Positions 1-13,888 of a stretch of 64,000 nucleotides of DNA are shown one piece after another. The position numbers and the translations under genes were made by a program. Every line of letters starts with the position of its first letter. The first letter of the stretch is position 1. A model generated the notes under the pieces. It was not told where the DNA came from and searched no databases. It saw only the letters and a program-made list of their open reading frames with translations. Source of the DNA: Perkinsus olseni (lineage: Eukaryota). The stretch spans positions 1 to 64,000 of the forward strand of contig JABANN010000076.1 in NCBI GenBank assembly GCA_013115125.1, written 5' to 3'.

Positions 1-311
1 AGCTAGGGTTCATACCTGGACAGTCATTGGAGTATACGAGGGAAGCCATATGCGACCCGCATACATGTAAGAATGGAGATCATCAGCTTAGCCGCGGTGA
101 CTGATATTCACTGCTGCAGCTGATGAGTGGCCACTGTCCTTCTCGTGAAATGCATCTCGCGTGCGTTACTGTACCACGCGCGACCTCAGTGGTTACGGAG
201 ACTGCAGCAACTGCTGATCGGCCGAGTACGAGACCCTTTCAGGGCTCTTTTCCAGATACTCGCAAGACTACAGCTGCACCCACAACGACTACCACTACCA
301 CTACTACCACC

Positions 312-363
<52 letters not shown>

Positions 364-3300
364 CGACCACCACCACCACCACCACTACAACAACTACGAC
401 AACCACTCTTCCTACTCTGTCCCCTGGTAGGAGGCAGCTCATTATACCTTGCGTGTCGATTCATCGATAGCCTTTCCGTGCAAGCGCACATTCAGCGTCA
501 TTTCAGAGATGAGAGAGAAGTTCGCGGAAGGAGACAACACCAATGTGTTCTGCAATGTTGCATGCCAGCAAGTCCGCTACACTCGAGTGAGGGAGCTCGC
601 TGAAAGTAAGCTCATCAGTGACGGTGGCGTCTGAACTTTCGTCGGCCACTCCGACTCACAGCCTCTCATTCACGTTGTGATTGGGGATCTTAGAAATGCA
701 TTCTTCCCGGCCGGAGCAGCTCCAGTCCATCGACAACATCACAGCCGCTGCACAACAGATGCGAGCCTCGGGCTTCCTGCCTGGGCTGGCGGATGCAGAC
801 CGGGCCATAGGGAGCGAGAATACGTAAGACCACCTACAAGCCTGGTATAGCGCTTTAAACGAGTCACGCCCTCGAGCCCTGAGGGGTCTTGTCAACACTT
901 GACGATATGCGCCAGCGGAAGTGTCGCGTCGGCTCCGATCGAACATGCATATGTGGTTAGGCCGGGTTCATTGGAGTTCATCATTCCTCGGGCGGTGGCA
1001 GACATCAAGGGCCTTCGCATGAACCTGGTAAGGATTCCTCGTTGGTGCTGGAGTCTCTCGGTCCCCTTATCTGATGTGCGTAACATGGACAGCCTGGATA
1101 CCCGTCAACTTCGGAACATCAGCCAGGATCATTGACTCGCTCACTTCTCAGAGTGAAGCCCGTGGCCCCTCCGCGGTGGCGATCCGGTGGGTTGCCGAGG
1201 ATGTCTTCAAGGAAATGTCGACCATGTTCAACACCGGTCGATCTCAAATCGCCAACGTGAGCCCATTTCCCCTGCCGTTGCGCGCATTTCCTCGGTCACT
1301 GATTCATATTGCCTCTGCTATCACCGAGATCGTGGCATGCTGGTCAGGTTGGAGCTGACTACGAGAGCAACTTCACCGTCATGGCCAAGAGACTTGGCGG
1401 GGAGGCACTACAGCAGTACAAGGAGTTCGATGGCAGGACAAAGGACATGTGAGCTCAGAGAAGTACGTACTGATAGAACGCTTGTCGCCCTTCTCAGTAC
1501 CGAATCGGCTGAGAGCCCGTTGGTGAAGCTGTGGAGGACAGTGTCGTGGATTAGGGGCCTTGCTGCGTCCCTGGTCTCTGATGTTGCTGACAAGACCAAC
1601 CGAACGCTCGATAGGACCAGAGCGTTGAAAGCCGCTGTGGAAGGTAGTAAAGCGATGGCGAGGCCTCCTGTATCGGCTACTCTTGGCTACTTCAGATATG
1701 TCACGCAGGCATGGGCCTCGGCTAGAGCAGGAAATTCGAGCCCAGCTCGAGAAGGAGATCAAGGAAGTGAGAGCGGTACCAGCAGTGGACGTTGGTTCGC
1801 CCGAGGCTGCCATTGAGGCCAATGTACGTCATTCATAGTGCCTCAATTTGCAAGGCAGGAGGTCCTCGCTCGTTTGATCAGACTCAACGAATGATGGCGG
1901 ATTTGGACAGGAAAACGAGCATAAAGAGACAGGAGATGGACGCCAAGGCGAGAGGGACCTCTCGAAAGGTTGCCTCTGCTCTGTTGGCCTCCGAGATGGC
2001 CATGAGGGGCAGATCAAGGGAAGCTCAAGATAGTGCGAAGAAAGCCTTCTCAGTGAGTCTCACTGGATGCTGGGAATCCTCTCATCTTCGATGGCCGTTC
2101 AGGGCTTCGAGCACGGGCTGCTGAAGCAAAGGGAGATGGTGCGCAATGATCTCTTGCAGGGTGTCAAATCCGCCCGGAACTCCGAAAAGGTCGGTCGGTC
2201 GGTGGACTCATCATCGCCCCTGCACGAGCCCTCTATGCTTGGCATATAGTGAGAGCTAGAATTGACGCACAACATCAGTAGCAGCCTTCGACTAATCGTA
2301 TCTGGCGTTGACCACAGTTCTCCACTCAAACTCTGGTAGGAACTCGAGTGGCTGGCTCGAGATGAGGCTGCCCAGGCTGCCTCGTACAAGGCCCGCATGA
2401 ATGCTACTCTGGGAACCTTCAATCGAGTAGCCGGAGCAATATCCGCTGATGTAAGCTGCCCACCGGCCATGCTCCTCCGACCCCCATTGCTCTCCAGGCC
2501 GTCGGTGGATTCTCAAAGGAATCGAAGCTCTTTTCGTCGAAGGGCGGGGCCGAGGAGGAGCGTCTGAGCGCTATAGTGAGGCTGATCGAGGACGGCCTGT
2601 TGAAGTCAGAGAAGGAAAAAGATATCAAAATTGAATCGGTGGACAAGTAAAAGAACCGCGATTGTTAAGGAGGCCGTTAGCCTTGTCATCTCAGTGTCAC
2701 GAAGGGGACCTTCGTGGGCAACAAACGCTTTGCTGATGCTATAAGTTCGAGCAGCGATGGTGTAATGGCGTTGACGCGAGAACAGGCCTCGAACGCAGCT
2801 ACGGCGGAGCTGAACGATATCCATACTGAAGAGAGGGTGGGCGGTGGCTGCTGCTGCTGCTGCTGCTGCTGCATCATCTATCGAATGGCTACTGCTGTAC
2901 TCAGATTGTTGGAGAGGATGCAGCAAGAGTGAAGGAAGAGCTCCGTCGCTCTGAGGCTCAAGTCAACTCCAGCGAGGCTGCGATGATGGCCAAGGTGGCT
3001 GAGTTTGATGCCGCTGCTTTGCCGGAGCTCATGGGCCAGCTCGGGGAGATCGCAAAGAATATGTCCTCACTGTAAGACGCTGGGCCAGCCTTGTAAATGC
3101 ACGTTTGACGTGGTGTCCCAAGGTTATCAGCTCTCGAAGGCCAGTCGCGGAAGGTAGATGAGGAAGCTCAGCGTGCGCTCTCGGCAGATGGAGACAAGCT
3201 GGGAGCGGTTATGGACGGTAGGCTTTGTTTGACGTTGACTTCGCTGGACTATTACTAGGTCTGAAAGCGGCCCACGAAAGGTTGTACGGTATGAGGAGTG

Positions 3301-6233
3301 GCGAGGAACAGATGAGAGCTGAGTTTGGCAACTCTACTGAAGCTGCTGGCGGGGCGATTGGTGCACTGCGAGATGGCGTGGATGCAGCACTTGGATCACT
3401 CAAGGTAACGGTGGGGAGGGGGAGGGCTCTGGTGTTGGTGCTGGCTGCTCCTTGCGGCTGGTGCTTTTACTCATGTTTGCGCACAGTGGAGTACAAATCG
3501 CTTCAGATGGGGATGAAGAGCGGCGCGGAGGGCGCGGGTTCGACTCCCAGTGATGACATCTCTAGAATTCGTTCCGATGGTGACCACATTGTCGGAGAGG
3601 AGGTGGCTCAGTCGACTGCGTCCCTGAGGGGCCTCTCCAGCCATACGCTGGTGGGTCGGATGGAGGCTGCTGCTAAGTGCGGACCTCGGGGTGCTCAGGA
3701 CCTTCTTGGGACCTTAGCTGGTGGTCTTGCTGCAGCGACAGAGGATCTGAAGGCAGGCCAGCACTTGTTAGCGCAGGAGTCTGCCAACCTGACGGTACGC
3801 TGCCGGTGATTGATGATAACGCCGTAATGGTGATGCAGGCACGATGGGCCGCAGTTAAAGGGAGAATAGACCGCAGCTTAGCGAAGTCCGCCCTGGCCGA
3901 CCTCGGGGCCCTACATCCGCATGCAGTGATGAGTGCAGCTGAACGCGAGATGGAGAACCTGCTGCTGGCCTCGACAGCAGAGGTTGATGGATGGGTAGGT
4001 TGGGGAAGTCGCCTAAGGCCTACATCGTAGCGATCTTTTCCTGTACAGCTCCGATCGGACGATGAAGCGAACAGACGGGAAGTTGATAGGCTCACTACAG
4101 AGACCAGCAGGATGGCGAGCACGGAGGAGGCAGCCAGGGGAGCGGTGGCGTCCATCGAGAAGCTCCTCAGCACGCAAGAGTCGTCTCGGGATATAGACAG
4201 GTTGAAGCTGCTCGCTGCTGGGGTGGGCATGAGTCCTCTACCGGTAGAGAGCTCAACTTCATTGGCGTCAGGCATTTAACCAAGGTGCTTGGACGGATCT
4301 AGCGACGATGCTCAGCTCCAGGGAGACCGATGAGGATGGAAGTATTGAGATGTTCAAACAGAGCATCGAGGAGGAGGTTCAGCAAGTACCCGGGGTGCTT
4401 CAGATGATCCAGGCTGTCTTGGCTGCCGATGGTCTCGTAGTTCTACAGGGCGATATATTAGCTCGAAACCGTTTCCATGTTAAAGCCGGGCGACCAAACC
4501 CTCATTGTCGTCCACAACCGCACGCGCGAGGTTCTCTGGTTGGGCGACATATCGTGCGTGTTGTTAGGTGAGGGGGCCCAACGTCGAAGAGTTGAAGGAC
4601 TTTGCCGATGGTCTTCTTGTATCCCTCAAAGCGGTCCTCCACACAGTAGGTGTCGATAGTCTACATAGCCAGTCAGTGGACTGCCCTTCAGATGGAGACG
4701 TCGATTGACTCCCAGATGCAGCAAATGAGGTCCTCGGAAGGAGGGAGGGCAAGAGAGCTTAGAGCTAAGTTGGTAGGGGCAGAGAAAGAGGAAATCCACG
4801 GACTACAGACGATCGATGCCAGAGAACACACTGGTAGCATGATTTTGGGCGGAGGCAATGCCGAGGCCGACCTTGGAATTTACGACCAAATTTAACTACA
4901 GGTTCTGCGCGGCTCAGCGATACGCTGGTACGGATGGGGAAGACGTTGGGGATGTTGAGAAACAGTTCGGAGCTCCTGACTAGCGGTGCAGACGCTGAGG
5001 CGGCTGGACTTGCTGAAGAGGTGCGCAGGCTCTAGTTACCTTTTAGGGGGTATTGCTGGGGCTGCCGTAGTTCTGAAACTCCTCTCAGTTGAACGGGCAA
5101 GCTACTACTGCTGCCAAGGAAGCATCGAAAATAGAGCGTGATCTCGAGAAGATGAAAAGTGAAGCGGAAAAGAACTTCAACTCGGACCAACAACGAGTTC
5201 ATGACGCGATTGCCAATTCGGTAACACTTCGTGATTCGTTATCTCCGTGCCGGATGAGGTGATTTTCTCAGTCCGTTGAGGAGAATGCGAGTGCGCTGGC
5301 GATGCATCTAGCGGATGCCCAGAAGTATGCTTTGGAGCTGCTGGCTGAGCGGAGCAAGGAGCTCATGGGGCAGCGTAGACAGCTGTCTGAATATCAGTCA
5401 AGTGTAGCTCACGAAGAGAAAGTTACTCGTGATCTTGAAGGGCAGGTTGCCGAGTCGTTAGAGTGAGTCTGGGGAATCGACCCATCTTGTACGCATCAGG
5501 CGTTTATGCAGGCACTTCGAGAGTCGAGTTCGGGCGGCATCTTCCAAAAGCAGTAACAGTGGAGCCGCTGACGATCTGCTGACCTTTGCCAAGGATGAGA
5601 TGAAGGAGGTTGCTAATATGGCTACGCATGCCTCGCAGCAGGACGAGATCTCGAAGGAGCTCGCTCACACCCAGAGACAGATAACGGAAGTTGGACGCAA
5701 TGTAGGCCTTCTTACCCGTCCGGGCGAGACTGCTGGATACGTGGCACTTCGGTTCAGATGACTGCGACCTACAAGAGCGGCTTGAGCGCTGCTAACTCAA
5801 CGGTGCTCGATGAAGCTCACAAAGTTCTCGAACGGTGAGATGGTCACAGCGGAGCCTTTTTTCTCCACATCGATTCATCTGCAGGATTAAGGCCGAGCAA
5901 GATGAAATCAAGGCTGCCCTTGGGAAAGATGAAGCTCAGATGGAGAAACAGGGTCCGACGACGGTAGGTTCTTCCTTTGGAATGGTCAAGCTCATCTCCG
6001 ACGTGCGCATGTGGGCGTAGACGAAGCTGAACACAAAAGCTGTCCCTTTCCGGGATGACTTCTGTTCGAAACACTACCGGTTCTCTCAGGCGGAAGAGTT
6101 GCACAGCCAGATTGCACTGGCAGACAAGGAGATGGTTACTCAATACCAGGAGACCTCGAAGGAGTTCAATAAGTGGCTGCTGGAGCAGAGGACGATGCTC
6201 CTGAAGTCGATCCTCAAGGATCGCGGTGACTGA
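1..6233 (+). CDS. Large multi-exon protein (5'-partial) with a Thr-rich mucin-like stalk and long Ala/Glu/Leu/Ser-rich, coiled-coil-like region; function unknown
   Basis: Chain of short exons split by GT..AG introns (e.g. gtaagt at 606, gtgagt at 2053 and 5463). Poly-Thr encoded at ~285-405; helical segments such as MMADLDRKTSIKRQEMDAKARG. Last exon MLLKSILKDRGD-TGA ends at ~6233. Could be more than one gene. Confidence 0.55.
285..405 (+). repeat. (ACN)n / (ACA)n trinucleotide repeat encoding poly-Thr
   Basis: Run of acc/act/aca/acg triplets with a pure (aca) core at ~312-363. Confidence 0.9.
2848..2872. repeat. (GCT)8 microsatellite inside an intron
   Basis: gctgctgct... lies between donor gtgggc (~2837) and acceptor ctcag (~2904). 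Confidence 0.75.
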
Positions 6234-6470
6234 TCATGATACATGACTGCGAATGCAATCTAGTCGTATTAACCATCTTGTGTTGCCAGTTGGGGGAATG
6301 CCTAGGCCAACGGGCAGTCACTTCGGTCGGACTATCAATGCACATTTGAACAGATTCGGCGGATTCTCGTGCGCACGCACATGGGATTTCGTATTTATTT
6401 TTCGGCATTCCTCTCCCATCGCATTGGACTTTTTTGATGACGTTTTGTAGTAGAATTTGTTGAACCAGTC

Positions 6471-7837
6471 ATGTCCGAGAAAACCTCCCAAGCGACGCCC
6501 TTGTGGATCCTTACAGGGTTCCTTGGCTCAGGGAAGACTACGCTTGTGTCTCGGATGTTGCGGGAGAACAAGGGAAGATTTTTCGTGCTGAATAACGAGA
6601 TTGGCGGTATTAGTGTGAGGTAAGGATCGGAAGTCGGCGCATACCGTCCCTATGATGCCGCTCGAGTTTCGTGCTGCTGCATCTTCACTCCGCGAGAAAT
6701 CGTCTAAGTGTTAGCAGGTCTAAAGGTGCATTCAAGCTAAGCTCTCCATCTTCTCAGTGAACTCCCGGACGACTATGCGACCGGTAGCAGCGGCGATTGT
6801 TCTACAGTATACGAGCTTGGTGGCGGATGCCTCTGCTGCAACTTGAGAAACGACTTGATGGCGAAGCTGGAAGGGCTTGGGAAGAAAGCTCTTGAAGCAC
6901 CTGCTGATGATCCCGTGAACGGTGTAGGCGGATCGGAAGCTTGTTGGGTCGATTTCTCCGTCCATTCATCGTGCAATTGATGTTCAATCCCACAGAATTT
7001 CCCTCCCTCATGGCGCTGCTCGAACTTCTCTTATTCTGTCAGATAATATTGGAAACCACTGGTTTGGCTACTCCGGGACCTGTTGTACAAGGCCTCGTGG
7101 CTCAGCCCCCTGAAGGTATCGTTCTACGGAAAGTCGTGACCCTCGTTGACGCCTCCAATTTCAATGAGCAGTACAAACGAGTAACGGATCCTCGAAGTTC
7201 GGAGCTCATCCAGCAGCTTGTGTTTGCTGATCTCGTTGTCATCAACAAGTGTGACTTGGTAGACGATGACACGGCCAGGCAGATCGAGGATACTATCCGG
7301 TCCATCAATCCGGTGTGCAAGACGGTCCGCACTGTCCACTCTGATATCTCCATGGAGGAAGTCCTGCGATCTCAAGGTGACACCTACACTAGTCCTGGTG
7401 ATCTTAACGACGTGCCGCAGCATAAGCCCTGGCGTGATGGTGTTTGCAGCTGCGCAGTGAGCGGACCATATCCAGCTTCGAAAGGAGTGGCTATGAACAT
7501 AGAGAAGTTCCGTACATGGTTGCAAGGCTTCGTGAATTCCAACAGAGTATTCCGGGTTAAGGGCATGCTGATATCCGGTGATGGGAAGAGGTACCTCTTG
7601 CAAGGTGTCGAGAAGTCCTTCCAGCTAGTCGAGACGGATTGCCCGTCAGAGATGGCCAGCAAGGTTGATAAGCTGGTTGTGATCGGCCAGAGGATTCAAG
7701 AGCACATGGGTGACGAGCTTGACGAGTCCCTCAACGCTCTCCTCGTCGACCGCAAGGACATGGAAACGTCCAAACCCACTTGGGTGAAGGCTTATGTTGG
7801 CAAGGACTGGACGGATGCTGAACAATGGTCCCCTTAA
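6471..7837 (+). CDS. CobW/P47K (COG0523) G3E-family metallochaperone GTPase, 3 exons
   Basis: Exon 1 has [14 protein letters not shown] (Walker A) and VLNNEIG. Exon 2 has GGCLCC (GCxCC metal motif). Exon 3 has [31 protein letters not shown] and a CobW_C-like FRVKG...LLQGV. Confidence 0.9.
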
Positions 7838-8893
7838 GGGAGAGTACCCTGTTCTAGGCTAGGCCTCGTATCCTATGTTATGCGACTTTTCACTTCGATG
7901 AGGTTAACTTCACCGAAGGTCTCTCTTGCGTTAGTTAATCACGGATCATCCTAATGGGGAACGACTAAAGGGTTGATACCGCGTAAATTTTTCTAGCGGA
8001 CGAGTTGAATGTTGTAATAGACCCGAATACACTCCAACCGAAAGCTCGAACCAAGCACTACATAAACTATGGAGCCGAATGATAGAGAATCATGAAGATC
8101 AGCTACCTGCGTCAAAGCATAATTTTGGGTGTTTTTCGGGTGACTCCCGACCGGCAGACGAGCTCATATCCCGAACGAGTCCAACATGCAAACAAGTCTC
8201 ATCGCCTATTGTAATCTCGGTGAGAGCTCTCCACTGTTGTATATTAGAACCCGTCACTCGTTCGCGAGGACAAGTTGGGAGGGGCATGCTCTTTGGGGTC
8301 GGCACCCTGTAATATGGAGCCCCCCCGGATTACGAATGATGTGCGAGACAGTATCTCGGAGACACTCACTTGCCTGAGCCGTTCGAGAGCTGATTGTGTT
8401 GGTCCAACTCTGTTGCAGACTCACTCGAGAAAAACAAAAGGTATTTTGCATGTTCGGTACAACAAAACAAGGATCAATTCAAGCATTCTCGAAGCTTGAT
8501 AAGAAACGAGGTCGCGAATACCCATAGCACTGAGTGTGGGGATGTTAGAACTGAGGATAATAGCAAGGAAGGGGTCAGATGGACCGCTGAACATTCCCCT
8601 GTAGCACAAGTGGTCCCCATACAATGCTCCGGCACGAATTGCCAGAGTCATCCCGTCTATGAAGCTACGAACTAACAACACAAGGGATTAATTGTATTGC
8701 CTGCGATAGGCACCACTCGAAAAATGTCGCTATGACGCGCCAAGTTCTATAAACTTAACAAAAACTCGCACCGAATGTGAATGTACGGCGCGGGATAAGG
8801 GCTGCCAGCAGCATTGATAACGGGCCGCTGGAGTCACGGCGTAGCACTGTCTTCTCAACGACCGATATACGGGTCAAGCAAGGAACGATAGGA

Positions 8894-10720
8894 TTACTTG
8901 GAGAAGGTCATCTTCTGCTCGCTAGCATTGCCCATCTTGAAGAAATCGTTGCCCTTATCATCAACAATGATGAAGGCAGGGAAGTCGACGACGTCGATCT
9001 TCCACACGGCCTCCATACCGAGCTCCTCCATATCGAGACACTCCACCTTCTTGATGTTCTCATCAGCGAAGAGAGCTGCGACACCACCGATGGAACCGAG
9101 ATAGAAGCCACCGTGCTTCTTGCAAGCCTCAGTGACCATATCGCTACGGTTACCCTTGCCAATCATGATCATGGAGCCACCGTTGGCCTGGAAGGGCTCA
9201 ACATAGGGGTCCATACGGTTGGAGGTGGTGGGGCCGAAGGAACCGGAAGGCTTTCCATCGGGCTTCTTGGCGGGGCCGGCGTAGTACACGGGGTACTTCT
9301 TGATGTAGTCGGGGAGACCCTTTCCACTCTCGAGCATATCCATCATTCTCATGTGAGCGATATCACGAGCGACGATAATGGTACCAGTGAGGGCCACACG
9401 AGTCTTGACGGGGTACTTGCTCAAGGTGGCGAGAGCTTCCTTCTGGGGCAAGTTCAAATCAATCTTGACGGCCTCATCTTGCTCACTACCGAAATCGGGC
9501 ATATACTTGGCGGGGTTCTTCTCGAGCTTCTCAACAAAGATTCCCTCGGGGGTGATCTTGGCGAGAGACTGACGATCAGCAGAGCAGCTGACACCAAGGC
9601 CGACAGGGCAAGAAGCACCGTGACGAGGAAGACGGACGACGCGAACATCGTGAGCGAAGTACTTGCCGCCGAACTGAGCACCGGTGCCAAGCTGCTGGCA
9701 GTTCTTGAGAAGCCTCTCCTCCCAGTAGAGATCACGGAAGGCACGACCGGTGGAATCACCGCTGGTCGGAAGGCCATCGTAGTACTTGGTGGAGGCCAAC
9801 TTGACAGTCTTCATGGTCTGATCAGCAGACTGACCGCCGATGACGACAGCGATGTGATAGGGTGGGCAAGCGGAGGTACCGAAGTGAGCGATCTCCTTCA
9901 TGAGGAAGCTCTCGAACTCCTTCTCCTTAAGGAAGGCCTTGGTCTTCTGGAAGAGCTGGAACTTGTTGGCAGATCCGCCGCCCTTGGCGATGACGTGGAA
10001 CTTGTAGGCGAGCTCGTCACCGGGATGACCGGCGTAGAGTTCGATTTGAGCGGGCAAGTTGCAGCCAGTGTTCTTCTCCTCGAACATGCTCAAGGGGGCG
10101 ACCTGGGAGTAACGGAGGTTGTCCTGAGTGTAAGCATCATAGACGCCCTTGGTGATGGCCTGCTCGTCGACGCCACCAGTGAGGACACGCTCGCCCCTGT
10201 AACCGTAGACACAGGCGGTACCAGTATCCTGGCAGGAGGGGAGGACGAGGCCGGCAGAGATGCAGGCGTTCTTCAACAACTCCATAGCAACGAAACGATC
10301 GTTCGAAGAGGCCTCGGGGTCCTTAAGGATCTTCTGGACCTGCTCGAGGTGAGCGCTTCTGAAGTAATGCTCAACGTTCCTGATGCAAGTCTGGGTGAGC
10401 TTAGCAATGGCCTCAGGTTCGACCTGACAAGAAACAACGGAATAAGATGCAACCTCCGCCAGTCCTAAATTCCTCTCAAACTCACCTTGAGGAAGTCCAA
10501 TCCATCAGGTCCCTTAACGACTGACACTCCTTCCTTGCTGAGTAGTTCATACTCAACAGCCTGAAAAACAAATCCATGGAGAGCTCGAAAGCCGCATGCG
10601 AGAGGGAGGCTCCATGCAACCACAAGGCAGTCAGCTCACCTTCTCGTTGGCGTGTTCCTGGAACAGCGGACTGTACTTGTCGAAAGTGAATGAGGAGGTT
10701 GATCGAACTTGAGGACTCAT
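8894..10720 (-). CDS. Class I (Fe-S) fumarate hydratase, copy 1 (two short 5' exons plus one long exon)
   Basis: Motifs [48 protein letters not shown] and [13 protein letters not shown] at 10720 (MSPQVRST...), stop TAA at 8894. Confidence 0.93.
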
Positions 10721-11552
10721 GCCTGTTGGTTTGCAAAAAAACAACTGATTATAATGATCTTGGTCATGGATGTCTCAACGACACAAGCGATGTAAGGCTT
10801 TGACGGACACAACCTAGTATCAAAGAGAAATCACAAGTTGTAGTGTCACAGAAGTGAAGGCCGGCGTCCTAGCTCGTAGCTGCGCTAGATTCCGCTAAGT
10901 TCGCTCTGCGCAGTGGAGCTGATAGACAAGATCTGCGTGGTGGTCATCAACAGGATTCGACAACCGAACCTAGTGGCGAACACTGGCTAGCCTCGTGATC
11001 CGAAAAGCGCGGACAGTGTTCACAGTCCTCGTTGTTGCCGTCTTCTACGCTTCACTGATATGCTGTGGCCTGCCGCAATGAAAGGTTTGTTCGGCTTCGG
11101 CTCAAGTGGAGTTCACACTCCCCAAAGGGTTCGCGACCAGCTGATTTTTAGTGTTCTTCCACTGATGATGGAAACTATGGCCCAAGTGGCTTTGATAGGA
11201 GAGTGCCCCTCCTGGAGACCTTGGTCTGCATCCAGACCCCCACTTCAGGTTCTGTATGTCATGCACTGAGCAATGCGGAAAAGTTTCGCCCTCACACCTG
11301 CAGCAGATGACCTGCTGTGAACCCAACTTCACAAACACTACAGCTTCGTAGCTAGGTACTTTGAAGCACCAAGATTATGTTGTCTGGACAGGAAGTGCCG
11401 TACTAGCAACTGTGAATGGATGAAGGACTGAATATATCACAATAATTTTTGCAAGAATAGTGCAAACATAAGCTCTTACGAGGAGATGCCATCTATTCAC
11501 TGACGTCAAAGTGACACAAGTTGCCGTGCTTAATTGCATGCGAACGACCAAC

Positions 11553-13406
11553 TTAGTGGGAGAAGGTCATCTTCTGCTCGCTAGCATTGCCCATCTTGAA
11601 GAAGTCGTTACCCTTATCATCAACAATGATGAAGGCAGGGAAGTCGACGACGTCAATCTTCCAGACGGCCTCCATACCGAGCTCCTCCATATCGAGGCAC
11701 TCCACCTTCTTGATGCTCTTATCGGCAAGGATGGCAGCGACACCACCGATGGAACCGAGATAGAAACCACCGTGCTTCTTGCAAGCCTCAGGGACCATAT
11801 CGCTACGGTTACCCTTGCCAATCATGATCATGGAGCCACCGTTGGCCTGGAAGGGCTCAACATAGGGGTCCATACGGTTGGAGGTGGTGGGGCCGAAGGA
11901 ACCGGAAGGCTTTCCATCGGGCTTCTTGGCGGGGCCGGCGTAGTACACGGGGTACTTCTTGATGTAGTCGGGGAGACCCTTGCCGCTCTCGAGCATTTCC
12001 ATCATCCTCGCGTGAGCGATATCACGAGCGACGATAATGGTACCAGTGAGGGCCACACGAGTCTTGACGGGGTACTTGCTCAAGGTGGCGAGAGCTTCCT
12101 TCTGGGGCAAGTTCAAATCAATCTTGACGGCCTCATCTTGTTCCTCGCCGAAATCGGGCATATACTTGGCCGGGTTCTTCTCAAGCTTCTCAATGAAGAT
12201 TCCCTCGGGGGTGATCTTAGCAAGGCACTGACGATCGGCAGAGCAGCTGACGCCAAGGCCGACAGGGCAAGAAGCACCGTGACGAGGAAGACGGACGACG
12301 CGAACATCGTGGGCGAAGTACTTGCCGCCGAACTGAGCACCGATACCAAGCTCCTGGCAGTTCTTGAGGAGCCTCTCCTCCCAGTAGATATCACGGAAGG
12401 CACGACCGGTGGAATCACCGCTGGTCGGAAGACCATCGTAGTACTTGGTGGAGGCCAACTTGACAGTCTTCATGGTCTGATCAGCAGACTGACCGCCGAT
12501 GACGACAGCGATGTGATAGGGTGGGCAAGCGGAGGTGCCGAAGTGAGCGATCTCCTTCATGAGGAAGCTCTCAAACTCCTTCTCCTTGAGGAAGGCCTTG
12601 GTCTTCTGGAAGAGCTGGAACTTGTTGGCAGATCCGCCACCCTTGGCGATGACGTGGAACTTGTAGGCGAGCTCGTCACCGGGATGACCGGCGTAGAGTT
12701 CGATTTGAGCGGGCAAGTTGCAGCCAGTGTTCTTCTCCTCGAACATGCTCAAGGGGGCGACCTGGGAGTAACGGAGGTTGTCCTGAGTGTAAGCATCATA
12801 AACGCCCTTGGTGATGGCCTGCTCGTCGACGCCACCAGTGAGGACACGCTCGCCCCTGTAACCGTAGACACAGGCGGTACCAGTATCCTGGCAGGAAGGG
12901 AGGACGAGGCCGGCAGAGATGCAGGCGTTCTTCAACAACTCCATAGCAACGAAACGATCGTTAGCAGAGGCCTCGGGGTCCTTAAGGATCTTCTGGACCT
13001 GCTGGAGATGGGCGCTTCTGAAGTAATGCTCAACATCCTTGATGCAGGTCTGGGTGAGGTTAGCGATGGCCTCGGGGTCGACCTGAAAGTTAGATAGACT
13101 ATGTCGCACTGCGACCTCTTCATGCGGCCACGATCATCCAATAATGAGTTGAGAAGTGAGTTGGTGCGTTATCGTACCTTGAGGAAGTCAAGTCCATCGG
13201 GGCCCTTAACGACGGAGACACCTTCCTTGGAAAGAAGCTCGTACTCGGGCTCCTGAAATCAACACAGACGTTGTCCTCCCCATGCAGCTCTCCTAACCGG
13301 CACGACTAAGAGTCAGCGGCAAAGCTCATAAAGATACTACCTCCCCGTTGGCGTGCGTCTGGAAGAGGGGGGCGTACTTGTCGAAGAACGTCGACTCGGG
13401 ACTCAT
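11553..13406 (-). CDS. Class I (Fe-S) fumarate hydratase, copy 2
   Basis: Same motifs as copy 1. ATG at 13406 ([15 protein letters not shown]); intron 2 at 13083-13177. Confidence 0.93.
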
Positions 13407-13888
13407 TGTAATAAGCACGGAATAACTGTAACGAAATTCAATGAGCGATCCATAATACTCCGGCAGTGTGGTATGCATTCTTACGAGACTAGCTGCAACT
13501 GGGATAGCTTCGCTAAATCTTGCTATCTTGCATTTCCTCCGGGTACGCCGGCTCGGGAACATCCTCACATCAGACTTGTCAAGTAAGCTCCCAGGATTGA
13601 ATTCAACATGTAAAGACAATGCTGAGAGCGCTAATAGAGCTCAAGAAGGGTCCATTGCACACTCGTTGCAGTTCATTGATGAGGAGCGATACCCCAGCGT
13701 ATTTTCGATGGGGAGCTCAGACGAACCTCAATTGTTCAGCTCGGTATTCCTTGGCTAATGGGACTTTGGGGCACTTCAACGACATGCCTTATGCTTCATG
13801 TTACTGCAAATGGAGAGGATGTTCATTCAACGCCCACTACTGGGGAGGAGGGTATCACTGCGGTTTGAATTTGCATCTCAGGAGTCCT

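Noticed and set aside
127..603. Poly-Gln, poly-Cys and poly-Val ORFs
   Set aside because: Alternative frames of the (ACA)n repeat. The Thr frame is supported by third-position variation.
11095..11106. GGCTCAAG as a spliced-leader relic (also at ~2956 and ~58879)
   Set aside because: Only the last 8 nt match, and none lies just upstream of a same-strand start codon
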